This document shows positions 29,701-38,592 of a stretch of DNA of 52,181 nt, piece by piece. The stretch's first letter is position 1, and the number at the start of each line of letters is the position of its first letter. The stretch comes from Alphaproteobacteria bacterium. Lineage in GTDB: Bacteria; Pseudomonadota; Alphaproteobacteria; CAAHEQ01; UBA3637. The translations under genes and the position numbers were made by a program. Where the stretch lies: NCBI GenBank assembly GCA_045605805.1, contig JAZUQR010000030.1:1-52181 (forward strand). The letters run 5' to 3'. The notes under the pieces are model-generated. The model saw only the letters and a list, made by a program, of their open reading frames with translations. It ran no database searches and was not told where the DNA came from.

Positions 29701-30301
29701 AATCTGTTGGAATATCCGCCATCAAGGTTTTCAAATCCTCATCACTCAACAAATTGATTTTGTTGATTTCATGGCTGGTTCTAAACCCATCAAAGAAGTG
29801 TAAAAAAGGAATGCGAGACAAATAAGTCGCCATGTGTGCCACAGCAGCCATATCGTGTGCTTCCTGCACAGAATTGGAAGCCACCATCGCAAATCCGGTT
29901 TGACGACAAGCCATCACATCAGAATGATCCCCAAAAATAGACAAAGCGTGTCCAGCAACAGTACGAGCCGCCACATGCATCACAAATGGCAACAATTCAC
30001 CGGCAATCTTATACATATTCGGAATCATCAACAACAACCCTTGTGAAGCAGTATAAGTAGCAGTCATAGAACCTGCCTGCAAAGCCCCATGTACAGCACC
30101 AATAGCACCCGCTTCGGATTGCATTTCAACCACTTCTGGTACTTTACCCCAGATATTTGTTTGTTTTCCAGCTGCCCAAGCATCGGCCCATTCCCCCATC
30201 GGACTTGATGGTGTAATCGGATAAATGATGGACATTTCGTTTAATTTATAAGCAACCAAAGCGGCTGCTTCATTTGCATCTAACATTTTTGTTTTTGACA
30301 T
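26789..30301 (-). CDS. nifJ: pyruvate:ferredoxin (flavodoxin) oxidoreductase
   Basis: YPITPSS, two CxxCxxCxxxCP clusters, GACAGCGE, GGDGWAYDIG. Confidence 0.98.
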   Translation of the reverse strand: MSKTKMLDANEAAALVAYKLNEMSIIYPITPSSPMGEWADAWAAGKQTNIWGKVPEVVEMQSEAGAIGAVHGALQAGSMTATYTASQGLLLMIPNMYKIAGELLPFVMHVAARTVAGHALSIFGDHSDVMACRQTGFAMVASNSVQEAHDMAAVAHMATYLSRIPFLHFFDGFRTSHEINKINLLSDEDLKTLMADIPTDFTGKNALTPDHPKICGTAQNADVFFQIKEAANKYYQACPDIVEKCMRKFEEVTGRSYHIVDYYGVADAEHVVVAMGSGVETLTETVDALNANGGKYGVVAVRLYRPFPSKAFVDALPSTVKYVTVLDRTKEAGSVGEPLYLDVVSALAEAAVNGHAMPKVLGGRYGISSKEFTPAMVKAVFENVEKNHFTVGINDDVTHSSLAYDASYQLPTKDQTACIFFGLGSDGTVGANKNSIKIIADADDMYGQAYFVYDSKKSGAMTTSHLRFGKNPIKAPYLITSADFVACHHEPFLHKIDLLAVAAPNSVFLLNTQTPADQVWNSLPREVQQTIVDKNIKMYAIDAVDVAGKTGMGRRINTIMQACFFAISGVLPKDVAIEKIKAAITKTYMKKGQDVVDANIKAVDASLEHLHEIAVGAVDSKIRRQPGVPSEAPELIRNVTGAIIEGRGDELPVSAFEWTVDGAWPTDTAKYEKRRVATMLPCWDSETCIQCGKCIAVCPHAAIRAKVVSEEALASAPEGFKSADYKAPDFKGNKFVIQVAPEDCTGCSLCTQVCPMKAKNTLTMEPIEKHVDQEIKNFDFFMKLPDMDRSKLNPKTVKGVSLMRPLFEFSGACAGCGETPYVKMMTQLFGDRLLVANATGCSSIYGGNLPTTPYAKDDAGRGPAWANSLFEDNAEFGLGMRSSVDSKTEFAIQLLTELKDQLGADTVDGILNQDQTTEEGIAAQRKRVADLKAKLALMSGDRVQLLKEHADYLVKKSVWILGGDGWAYDIGYGGLDHVLYSGKNVNIMVMDTNVYSNTGGQRSKATPIGASAKFAVSGSSLPRKDLGAIAMSSGEVYVASISLGANDAQALKAMNEAESFNGPSLIIAYSHCIAHGYDIGTQGLEHQQMAVKSGLWPLYRFDPRLKAEGKNPFQLDSKPSIPVADFMATETRFKFVKQQNPEHYEELLKQAQKQVDDRWAFYKQLAGEDK

Positions 30302-30463
30302 ATTTTTCCTTTCAAAAATTGGTAATTTTCTTATACAACTTTTTCAATAAAAAAGCAAGAAGATTTTCTATTATTTTATGACAGCAAAAACATTTTCAAA
30401 AAAACTTGACAAATAAAATAATTTTTACTAAAATAAAGTATCTGTTTTTCAAAGGAGAACCTG

Positions 30464-30991
30464 ATGCTGCTTCTAAACAACTTTATTGAACACGCAAAAG
30501 AATTGGATAAAAAAACGAATGATATCCTACCATTTTGCATTGAAATGAACAAAAAATACCCCTACTTGCAAAAATTAAGAGAACATATTGTACGGGCAGA
30601 CTTCACCACAAATGGGCAGGAAGATTATGAAGAAATACCCCTCAATCCGCCCATTCAACAACCATTTTATGATATGTTGCGTGTGGTTCAATTAAAAAAA
30701 CTGTTTCCAAACTTCTTTTCCGAAAAAAATAAAGAATTGATAAAAAAAACCGCTTTGCCCAACGATACCCATCCCCAAGCCACCGCTTTAATAAGTTTGT
30801 TGCTATGGCACGATTTTGACGAAAAACAATACCTGATAAACAGAGCGCAAAAACAACAAGAAATAGCCCAACTGCAAAAACACGAAGCAATTAAACGCAA
30901 CAAGAAAAAGTTCCGCCAACTTTTACATAAAAAACAGAAAACACCGTTGGAACAATTACAAATCAAAAGTTGGCTAAAAAAAGAAAAATAA
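30464..30991 (+). CDS. orphan hypothetical protein with basic C-terminus
   Basis: Own TTGACA-17-TAAAAT promoter (30406-30434) and AAGGAG SD. Confidence 0.75.
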   Translation: MLLLNNFIEHAKELDKKTNDILPFCIEMNKKYPYLQKLREHIVRADFTTNGQEDYEEIPLNPPIQQPFYDMLRVVQLKKLFPNFFSEKNKELIKKTALPNDTHPQATALISLLLWHDFDEKQYLINRAQKQQEIAQLQKHEAIKRNKKKFRQLLHKKQKTPLEQLQIKSWLKKEK

Positions 30992-31004
30992 TAAAAATAA
31001 CAAA

Positions 31005-32252
31005 CTATCTTTCTAACCCCTTGCGTCTTCTTAAAGGAACTTGGGGTTTTTTTGTTGCCTTTTGTTCAACCAAACCATCATCAAGTAATAATTGTCCCAA
31101 ATAAATACTGGCAGGCTGAGACTTGGATATTTTTTTCAAAGAATCTGACTCATCAAAAGAAATGTCAATTTGACGAATATGGCCATCTTTACCTGACTTA
31201 TTTGGTACAACCCGAGATTTCATAGAAACAACAGGCGTACCTAATTCACGAAACAACGGATCAAAATAGACCAACGAAGAAGCATATAAACGATTCAACC
31301 AATCTTCATCAGGAGAAGCCCGCAGCAAATCAGATAAAAAAGCAGACAATGCCGCACGCTTTAATTCCAATGTCTTCGCCTCTCGTTTTTCGGCCGATAA
31401 AGAACAAACCAAATCCAAAAAAGCCCCCTCTATCATCTTTTTTTCTTTTAAGAAGTTCAAAGCCGTTTTCACCCGAGTCGCATGATGTTTAAGCCGATAA
31501 GAGGCAAACTTGCCCTTCACCCGCTGCTTCACCACAGGATTGTGTGCATAATCATTGATATCCGCCAAAGCCCGATAGATTTGAAAAGAATTCAATTTTT
31601 CCATCGCATGCCGAGCACTGTCCAAAGGCACCCCAAACGGCGCATCCATTTTATCAGAAACCATTTGGTTTAATGCTTCCCAACACCCTCTTTCATCTTT
31701 TGGATAATCCTCACGACAAGTCAATTCATCCAACACGCTAATCCATTTAGACTTATCCGTACGCAGATTTTCCATAGACAGAGCCTCAGTCAATTTTGGC
31801 ATCATTTTCAATGGACGCTCTAAACGCAAAAAAAGATTTTCATGAGCATCAAAATTCCAACCCCGAATTAAATTAGACAAAGAAAAATCCGGCATCTGTT
31901 CTTCTGAATCTAAAACAAGAATCTTTGTTCCTGTTTCTTCATCTTGAATTGTCTCCGCTTCTTCATTTTCCTTACATTGATTCACAAAATCAAGCTGCCA
32001 ATCCAGCATATGATTTTTGAAAAAGTTATATTCCAACGGAGAAATCAACCCTAAACCACCATACAAGCCCAAATCGGTAATCGAGTTTTGTTCATACCAT
32101 TTTTCCAAAGACAGGGATTTTTGTTTCTTACCAAAAAAAAGATGTTCCATCAATTTTGTTTGGGCTTTGGACACATTATCAGCATCAAACAAATTAGATG
32201 AAGCATCATAGGTTTCTGTCCATTTGAAAGGGCGAGCTTCTCTCATCGTCAT
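31005..32252 (-). CDS. orphan hypothetical protein ending KKPQVPLRRRKGLER
   Basis: 415-aa ORF, GGAGG SD, TTGACA-17-TAGACT promoter. Confidence 0.8.
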   Translation of the reverse strand: MTMREARPFKWTETYDASSNLFDADNVSKAQTKLMEHLFFGKKQKSLSLEKWYEQNSITDLGLYGGLGLISPLEYNFFKNHMLDWQLDFVNQCKENEEAETIQDEETGTKILVLDSEEQMPDFSLSNLIRGWNFDAHENLFLRLERPLKMMPKLTEALSMENLRTDKSKWISVLDELTCREDYPKDERGCWEALNQMVSDKMDAPFGVPLDSARHAMEKLNSFQIYRALADINDYAHNPVVKQRVKGKFASYRLKHHATRVKTALNFLKEKKMIEGAFLDLVCSLSAEKREAKTLELKRAALSAFLSDLLRASPDEDWLNRLYASSLVYFDPLFRELGTPVVSMKSRVVPNKSGKDGHIRQIDISFDESDSLKKISKSQPASIYLGQLLLDDGLVEQKATKKPQVPLRRRKGLER

Positions 32253-32335
32253 AACCTCCAAAAATAATTATAATTTGCACAAGTCTAGCATAAACGCATC
32301 ATTCTGTCAAGTTTTTTTACCTATTTCAAACATAA

Positions 32336-32367
32336 AAAAACACCCCGCCTTGTTCGGGCGGAGTGTT
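32336..32367 (-). terminator. terminator after pgk
   Basis: AACAC.CCGCC...GGCGG.GTGTT stem with T tail on the minus strand. Confidence 0.75.
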
Positions 32368-32383
32368 CAACTTGTGGATAAGT

Positions 32384-33568
32384 TTATTTTTCCAAAATGG
32401 CAACGCCTGGTAAAGATTTACCTTCCATCCATTCCAAGAAAGCCCCACCAGCCGCAGACACATAGGTCAAATCAGCTTTTACACCAGCTTTTTTCAAGGC
32501 AGAAACAGTATCGCCGCCACCAGCCACAGATGTTAAAACACCAGCCTTAGTTTGCTCGGCCACCACTTTGGCAATTTCGTTTGTCCCCTTATCAAAAGGT
32601 TTGATTTCAAAACAACCCACAGGGCCATTCCAAATCAAAGTTTTGGCATTTTGAATCACTTTGGCAAATTCAGCCACCGATTTTTCACCAATATCCATCA
32701 ACACTTTACCGGCAGGCACAGCATCTGCATCAGATGTATGAGCTTCTTGTCCTTCACCAAAGGCATCAGCCCACACTAAATCCACAGGCAACACAATTTG
32801 ACAAGCACCGGCATTGGCCAAAATATTTTTGGCTGTGTCAATCATATCTGGTTCAACCAAAGAACCTTCACCCATCGGAATCCCTTTGGCAGCCAAGAAA
32901 GTATGGGCCATACCGCCACCAATCAACAAATAATCCACTTTTTTCACCAAGTTGCCCAACAAATCCAACTTTGTGGATACCTTACTGCCACCCACCAAAG
33001 CAACCGCAGGATGTTGTGGGTTTCCCAATGCCTTATCCAAGGCTTCTAATTCTTCTTGCATTAAACGGCCAGCCCCATTTGGCAACAAATGAGCCATCCC
33101 TTCTGTGGAAGCATGCGCCCTGTGTGCTGTGGAAAAAGCATCATTGATATAAATATCCATTCCATGAGCCAAGGCTTCACCAAACGCACGGTCATTGGCC
33201 TCTTCACCTGCATAGAAGCGCAAGTTTTCCAACAAAATCACTTCACCGTTTTGCATGCCTTGAACAACAGCATCCCGTTCTTCGCCAATACAATCATCCA
33301 CAAACTTCACAGCAACGCCGGCCGCTTGTTCCAAAGCTGGTGCCAAAAATGCCATGGAAAACTCAGGATTTTTCTGTCCCTTTGGACGCCCAAAATGGCT
33401 GGCCACCACAGCTTTACCACCATGTTCAATCACATATTTCAAAGTTGGCACAAAGCGATCAATACGAGTCGTATCTGAAATAGCCCCATCCTTCACAGGC
33501 ACATTCAAATCGGCACGAATAAACACTGTTTTACCATTAAAATCAAAATCATCCAAAGTTTTAAACAT
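32384..33568 (-). CDS. pgk: phosphoglycerate kinase
   Basis: RADLNVP, SHFGRP, LLENLRF, GGSKVSTK, GGGDT. Confidence 0.98.
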   Translation of the reverse strand: MFKTLDDFDFNGKTVFIRADLNVPVKDGAISDTTRIDRFVPTLKYVIEHGGKAVVASHFGRPKGQKNPEFSMAFLAPALEQAAGVAVKFVDDCIGEERDAVVQGMQNGEVILLENLRFYAGEEANDRAFGEALAHGMDIYINDAFSTAHRAHASTEGMAHLLPNGAGRLMQEELEALDKALGNPQHPAVALVGGSKVSTKLDLLGNLVKKVDYLLIGGGMAHTFLAAKGIPMGEGSLVEPDMIDTAKNILANAGACQIVLPVDLVWADAFGEGQEAHTSDADAVPAGKVLMDIGEKSVAEFAKVIQNAKTLIWNGPVGCFEIKPFDKGTNEIAKVVAEQTKAGVLTSVAGGGDTVSALKKAGVKADLTYVSAAGGAFLEWMEGKSLPGVAILEK

Positions 33569-33648
33569 TTTTTTCCTTTCGTTTGTTAAAATAAATCGTA
33601 CCCATATTTCTAACCTTTTTTTTCAAAAAAAGCAAGCGAAATTATTTA

Positions 33649-33677
33649 TTGCACAATCAAATTATTTGTGGTACAAT
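33649..33677 (+). promoter_or_regulatory. sigma70 promoter with extended -10 driving the structured RNA
   Basis: TTGCAC-17-TACAAT with TG at 33669-33670. Confidence 0.7.
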
Positions 33678-33683
33678 TCAAAC

Positions 33684-33869
33684 CGAGACAGGCGATTCCT
33701 GTCTTGAGGCTTAGAAAACCTCCCAATTGATGTCTGGAAAGACATAAAATTTCCAACTGATATATCTATCGGTTGGAAGATCGCAAAATAAGGGCAACCA
33801 AATATGCGATGCTATTTTCAATTGATAGTTTTCTAGCTTCCAACCGCCTCTCATCAAGGCGTTTTTTTT
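33684..33869 (+). ncRNA. putative structured RNA/attenuator leader
   Basis: Multi-hairpin fold with GGAA and GCAA tetraloops, long closing stem, alternative 10-bp pairing and terminal CGCCT/AGGCG-T8 terminator. Confidence 0.7.
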
Positions 33870-33887
33870 ATGTTGAAAGGAACCTTT

Positions 33888-34286
33888 ATGAAAAAAACTT
33901 TATTACTATCATTTTTATTTTTGGGCGCATGCACCTCTTTAAGTGGAATTGAAAATGCAAAACTACATCAACTAAAAGCCCAAGGAGTCACAATAGATCA
34001 TCCTGTGGGACACTACACCAAGCCCGCCTCTGCGATTGGAGCCGCCGCATTAAATGTCTTACCAGGAGTTGGTAATTTCTATCTTGCCGCAGGCGAAGCT
34101 GGCGAATCATCACACTGGTTATATGGTTTTTTGAATTTACTGACTTGGCCCGTTTCTATTTTGTGGGGCATTCCAGAAGCCGCCGTTGATGCCAACACAA
34201 TCAACAAAAAAGAAATGCTATATTATTATACTTACGATAAACAAGGACAAAAAGACTTACAACACGCAGGCGTGACATTAGATTAA
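33888..34286 (+). CDS. lipoprotein with TM2-like hydrophobic hairpin
   Basis: Lipobox LGAC; AALNVLPGVGNFYL...GFLNLLTWPVSILWG. Confidence 0.8.
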   Translation: MKKTLLLSFLFLGACTSLSGIENAKLHQLKAQGVTIDHPVGHYTKPASAIGAAALNVLPGVGNFYLAAGEAGESSHWLYGFLNLLTWPVSILWGIPEAAVDANTINKKEMLYYYTYDKQGQKDLQHAGVTLD

Positions 34287-34289
34287 AAG

Positions 34290-34319
34290 AAACACCCCCG
34301 ATTGTTCGGGGGTGTTTTT
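34290..34319. terminator. bidirectional terminator between the lipoprotein gene and gap
   Basis: AAACACCCCCGA-N4-TCGGGGGTGTTT. Confidence 0.85.
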
Positions 34320-34344
34320 GTATTTAAGCGACATTGCTTATTGC

Positions 34345-35352
34345 TTACAGCAATTTGCCCATAGCAACGGCTGTATCTAACATACGGTTGGAGAATCCCC
34401 ATTCGTTGTCATACCAGCTCATAATACGCAATTGAGTGCCACCCATCACCTTTGTACCATTGGCATCAAATGTGGAAGAGTGAGGATCATGTGTAAAGTC
34501 AATGCTGACCAGTTTTTCAGCATTATAACCAAGCACGCCCTTCAATTCACCTTCTGCGGCAGCTTTCATAGCAGCATTCACTTCGTCAACAGTCACTTCT
34601 TTTTCCATAATCAAGTTAGCATCAACCAAAGAAACATCTGGTGTGGGCACACGAATGGACACACCGTCCAATTTGCCAGCCATTTCTGGAATCACCAAAC
34701 CAATAGCTTTGGCCGCACCAGTTTTTGTTGGAATCATGCTCATAGCAGCAGCACGAGCACGATACAAATCTTTATGCAATTGATCCAAAATCTTTTGATC
34801 GTTGGTGTAGCTGTGAATGGTTGTCATAAAGCCTTGTTTAATACCAAAAGCCTTTTGCAATACATATACCACAGGGGCCAAACAGTTTGTGGTGCAAGAA
34901 GCATTGGATACAACCAAATCTTCGGCTGTCAATGTATCGTGGTTCACACCATAAACAATGGTCTTATCAGCCCCTTCACTTGGAGCAGACACCAACACAC
35001 GTTTGGCACCGGCTGTCAAATGAACAGTGGCTTTTTCTTTGGAAGTAAAAATACCTGTGCATTCAAAAACGATATCAATACCCATTTCACCCCAAGGCAA
35101 TTGAGTTGGATCTTTTTGCGCAATCACCCGTGTTTTTTTGTCACCAGCAATCAAATAATCACCTTCGGCACGAATATCCATATCCAATTTTCTATGAACA
35201 GAGTCATACTTCAACAAATAAGCATTAGCAGAAGCATCACCCAAATCGTTGATGGCAACAATATCCACATCATCACGGCCTGATTCTAACCAAGCACGAT
35301 AAACCAAACGGCCAATACGTCCAAAACCGTTAATAGCAACTTTTACTGTCAT
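34345..35352 (-). CDS. gap: type I glyceraldehyde-3-phosphate dehydrogenase
   Basis: INGFGRIGR, SNASCTTNCLAP, WYDNEWG. Confidence 0.98.
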   Translation of the reverse strand: MTVKVAINGFGRIGRLVYRAWLESGRDDVDIVAINDLGDASANAYLLKYDSVHRKLDMDIRAEGDYLIAGDKKTRVIAQKDPTQLPWGEMGIDIVFECTGIFTSKEKATVHLTAGAKRVLVSAPSEGADKTIVYGVNHDTLTAEDLVVSNASCTTNCLAPVVYVLQKAFGIKQGFMTTIHSYTNDQKILDQLHKDLYRARAAAMSMIPTKTGAAKAIGLVIPEMAGKLDGVSIRVPTPDVSLVDANLIMEKEVTVDEVNAAMKAAAEGELKGVLGYNAEKLVSIDFTHDPHSSTFDANGTKVMGGTQLRIMSWYDNEWGFSNRMLDTAVAMGKLL

Positions 35353-35550
35353 TTTTTTATCCTTTCATATTTTTAACATACGACTTCAAAATCGTGGGTT
35401 TAGTATAAACACATTTTGAAACAAATTGCAAGTACTTTTTGACAAATTTTAAGTTTAATAATACAAAATGAAAAAGGTCTATTTTAAGAAAACTCTTGAC
35501 AAAAACAACAGTTATAATTATAATATAACCAATTTTTTAAGGAGTTGGAA

Positions 35551-36144
35551 ATGTTAGATATTCAAATTTTTAATGTACGCACACCCGTTTATGAAAATAA
35601 AACACAGGTTGGATCTATTCCACATATCTCTCTTGGAACCTATACAGCTTTAACCCCAGAGGAACGTACTGCCCTTGAAGGCTGCACCTCCCATCTAACC
35701 GACAATTCTGTATCCGCTTTTAACAAAGCGATTCACAACATAGGAAAAAAGTTTTATGCCATTCATCTGTTGCATGAACTGGCCAAAGTCAACCATCCAT
35801 TGGTTAAAGAGCAATTAAAAAATCAGATTCAAAACATTTGTCAACAAAAACCTCAAAACTTACCCCAACTGCAAAAGGAACAAAAATTGTTGCAATCATA
35901 TATTGTCAAAACCTTTACGCCCGAAGAACAAGTCATGATGATGATTCGTCTAAAAAATCACCATGACCAAAAAAAGAAAGCCAACGAAATCACCCCCGAA
36001 GAAGATGAAATCTTTGCCAGAGGTATTGCTGAATGCGTTCAGGCTATCAAGGATATGCCCAAGGAAAGGAAAAGCCCTCTTATCCGCAACTTATGCATCA
36101 ACAGCACACACCGACATTATACAAAGAATCACTCTCGCACATAA
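35551..36144 (+). CDS. orphan hypothetical protein
   Basis: TTGACA-17-TATAAT (35496-35524), AAGGAG SD. Confidence 0.75.
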   Translation: MLDIQIFNVRTPVYENKTQVGSIPHISLGTYTALTPEERTALEGCTSHLTDNSVSAFNKAIHNIGKKFYAIHLLHELAKVNHPLVKEQLKNQIQNICQQKPQNLPQLQKEQKLLQSYIVKTFTPEEQVMMMIRLKNHHDQKKKANEITPEEDEIFARGIAECVQAIKDMPKERKSPLIRNLCINSTHRHYTKNHSRT

Positions 36145-37823
36145 ATGGGCCACTGCCCTTGCACCACTTCGTTTAATGTGGTCATCGGCAACCCCATCAG
36201 ATTACAATAAACCCAATAATTGATAAGGATTCTTTCAACAAAGCCTCGTGTTTCTTTGGAAGGCAAAATCTCCAAAAACAACAACGGATCATCCCGATAA
36301 AGCACACTGTTTTGCCATTTATTCAAGTTCCCTGGTCCGGCATTATAAGCAGCCGCCAAAAACATCAAATTACTTTGAACCTGAGGATAGTCCATCAACT
36401 GCAACAAATAAGCCTGTCCCAACCGCAAATTATAGGCAGGATCTTTCAATGATCGTTTGGAATAAGGGCATTGTAAATTACCCGCCAAAGCCTTTGCGGT
36501 ATCCGGCATCAACTGCATCAACCCCACAGCACCAACATAACTTTCAGCTCGCTTGTTAAAACACGATTCCTGACGCACAAAAGCATAAACCAAAGCCTTG
36601 TCCAATTTCCAACCGCCTTCTGGCCGCCAATTAGGCATCGGATACCGAGCCTCCTCGCCCTGCAAAGTACCTGTTAAACTTTGAAACACATCTGAAAAAC
36701 CGTTTTTTTCGGAAATCATCATCAACACACCTTTTGCCTCATCATCAGCCTCTAAATACAGTTTTGACAATTCCTGTGTTGCCCAATCCTTCTTACCGAT
36801 TTGATATAAAGCATAAAATCTTTCCAAAGCTGGATGCGAAAACCGACCAATTACTTCATCTGAAGGTGTAGAGGGCTTATCCCAAACATAGTTCAAATCT
36901 TGCCCCAAAGTTGCCAACGCCAACATCCCATAAAAATAACGGGGAAATTGCGCTGCCTTTTGCAAATAAATCACTGCATTTTGATAATCCCCCACAGCCA
37001 AAGCACTTCTGGCCGCCCAATAGGATGCCTTCACCTGCAAAAAGTCATCCGCCCCATCCAAATCAGATAAGTCTGAAAAAAAATCAAACGCTTTGTCAAA
37101 ATCATCCAACTGCCAATAAGCCAAACCACCCACCCATAAAGCCAATGGCACCGGCTGGGAAGAAAAAAAAGTGGCTTCTTCCACCAAGGCAACAGCCTGT
37201 TCCAACTGTCCGGATAATAAATAGCTGAACGCCAAAGCCGTTTTCATTTTATCAAAATCCACCCGAGGAAGAAGTCTTTGAAGTTTGTCCTGTGCCAAAA
37301 GAACATGTGCTTCGGCCAAATTGTTTTTTTTCAATAACGATAAAAAGAAATCTTTTTGTTCTGTTAAAAATTGCCTATCCGTCTCGGCCAACGAGTCCGA
37401 AAAACACATTTCCACCACCAAATCAATCGGCTCTTGACGATAAGGCTTAACACAAGCATTCGTATTGGAACCAAACAACCCCTTTGGACGCTTTAAGTTT
37501 TCAACCTTTTTTTGTTGTCCCAGCGCATACACCTCTCCGGCAATCGGCAAATCGGAATAACGTTTCATCCAATCCCGAATCTCTTTCTCCGAGGTTTTAT
37601 AGCGATTAGCAAAATAACGGTCATACAATACATACCCCATCAACAGTTTGTTGGAAATATCCTTTGTCTTATTTTTTGCCGAAGTTAAATGATTTTTTTG
37701 TTGTAAATCAAAGATTTCTCTGTAAATGCTGACATCTGTTTTTTTCAAAACCTTGGGTAAAGCGGCCTCAACCGAAGCCGAAACCCAAAACAAAAGCAAA
37801 AGAAAAACAATCCGAACAAACAT
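36129..37823 (-). CDS. soluble lytic transglycosylase (SLT domain with TPR-like region)
   Basis: RQES, GAVGLMQLMP, AAYNAGPG, ETRGFV; signal peptide. Confidence 0.93.
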   Translation of the reverse strand: MFVRIVFLLLLFWVSASVEAALPKVLKKTDVSIYREIFDLQQKNHLTSAKNKTKDISNKLLMGYVLYDRYFANRYKTSEKEIRDWMKRYSDLPIAGEVYALGQQKKVENLKRPKGLFGSNTNACVKPYRQEPIDLVVEMCFSDSLAETDRQFLTEQKDFFLSLLKKNNLAEAHVLLAQDKLQRLLPRVDFDKMKTALAFSYLLSGQLEQAVALVEEATFFSSQPVPLALWVGGLAYWQLDDFDKAFDFFSDLSDLDGADDFLQVKASYWAARSALAVGDYQNAVIYLQKAAQFPRYFYGMLALATLGQDLNYVWDKPSTPSDEVIGRFSHPALERFYALYQIGKKDWATQELSKLYLEADDEAKGVLMMISEKNGFSDVFQSLTGTLQGEEARYPMPNWRPEGGWKLDKALVYAFVRQESCFNKRAESYVGAVGLMQLMPDTAKALAGNLQCPYSKRSLKDPAYNLRLGQAYLLQLMDYPQVQSNLMFLAAAYNAGPGNLNKWQNSVLYRDDPLLFLEILPSKETRGFVERILINYWVYCNLMGLPMTTLNEVVQGQWPIYVRE

Positions 37824-37828
37824 CAAAT

Positions 37829-38506
37829 CTATTCAGAAAGTGGCAAAAAAACAACTCGTTTAATACAGTTTTTTTCTGTCATATTTTCCACAACACAACG
37901 AGTAACTTCCATCTTTGGCATACCCATAATATAATCGCACGCCTCATCCACCAAAACAATCGACTCTTCTTTTTCTTGTTGTGGGGCTAAATTACGCACC
38001 TTGTAAGCGGTATCAAAACCACCATAGTTCAACGAAAAATCTAACTGTTGAATAGGTTTTTTGAATGGGTTTGTCACAGCAATTGTACCATCACAGTAAG
38101 AAAAAGCCTTTTGTGGCATAATTCTTGCCTTTGCCGTTTTCATATAAATCACAATTTTTTTATCTTCTTCCTCTTCGTCCTCCTCGGCCTCTTTCTCATC
38201 AGGTATTGCTTCCGCATCAACAGCTACCGGTTCGGTTGGAGATTCCGCAAACAAATCAGTTTCATTCACATCTGCAACCGCATCTGTCACGGCCACTTCG
38301 TCTGTTTCTGACACGGGGGGAACAACATCGTCCACAGGCAGCACATTTTCTGTCATTTCTGTCACAACAGCATTTTCTGTTGAAGGGGACACAGCATTTT
38401 CTGTCTCTTCTGTAATTCTTTCATAAGCAGCAAACTCCGGGAACAGCTCTTGAGCCGACACAGAAGACACCACAAAAGCAATCAAAGCAATAAATAATTT
38501 TTTCAT
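37829..38506 (-). CDS. exported hypothetical protein with acidic low-complexity linker
   Basis: Signal peptide, E/D/V-rich linker, four-Cys C-terminal domain. Confidence 0.75.
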   Translation of the reverse strand: MKKLFIALIAFVVSSVSAQELFPEFAAYERITEETENAVSPSTENAVVTEMTENVLPVDDVVPPVSETDEVAVTDAVADVNETDLFAESPTEPVAVDAEAIPDEKEAEEDEEEEDKKIVIYMKTAKARIMPQKAFSYCDGTIAVTNPFKKPIQQLDFSLNYGGFDTAYKVRNLAPQQEKEESIVLVDEACDYIMGMPKMEVTRCVVENMTEKNCIKRVVFLPLSE

Positions 38507-38592
38507 TTTTTTTTATCCTTTCTTTGACATTTCAGTACAAATTGACTACAATATAAAACAAACAAGAATAACTATAAAGAAAGTTTTTACAA

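Noticed and set aside
33354-33707. ORF 33354-33707 as a leader peptide for the structured RNA
   Set aside because: Mostly antisense to pgk and starts upstream of the predicted promoter.
27821-35283. Long antisense ORFs opposite nifJ, pgk and gap (e.g. 29057-29803, 34432-35283)
   Set aside because: Shadow frames expected from biased codon usage of highly expressed genes; no SD or protein motifs.
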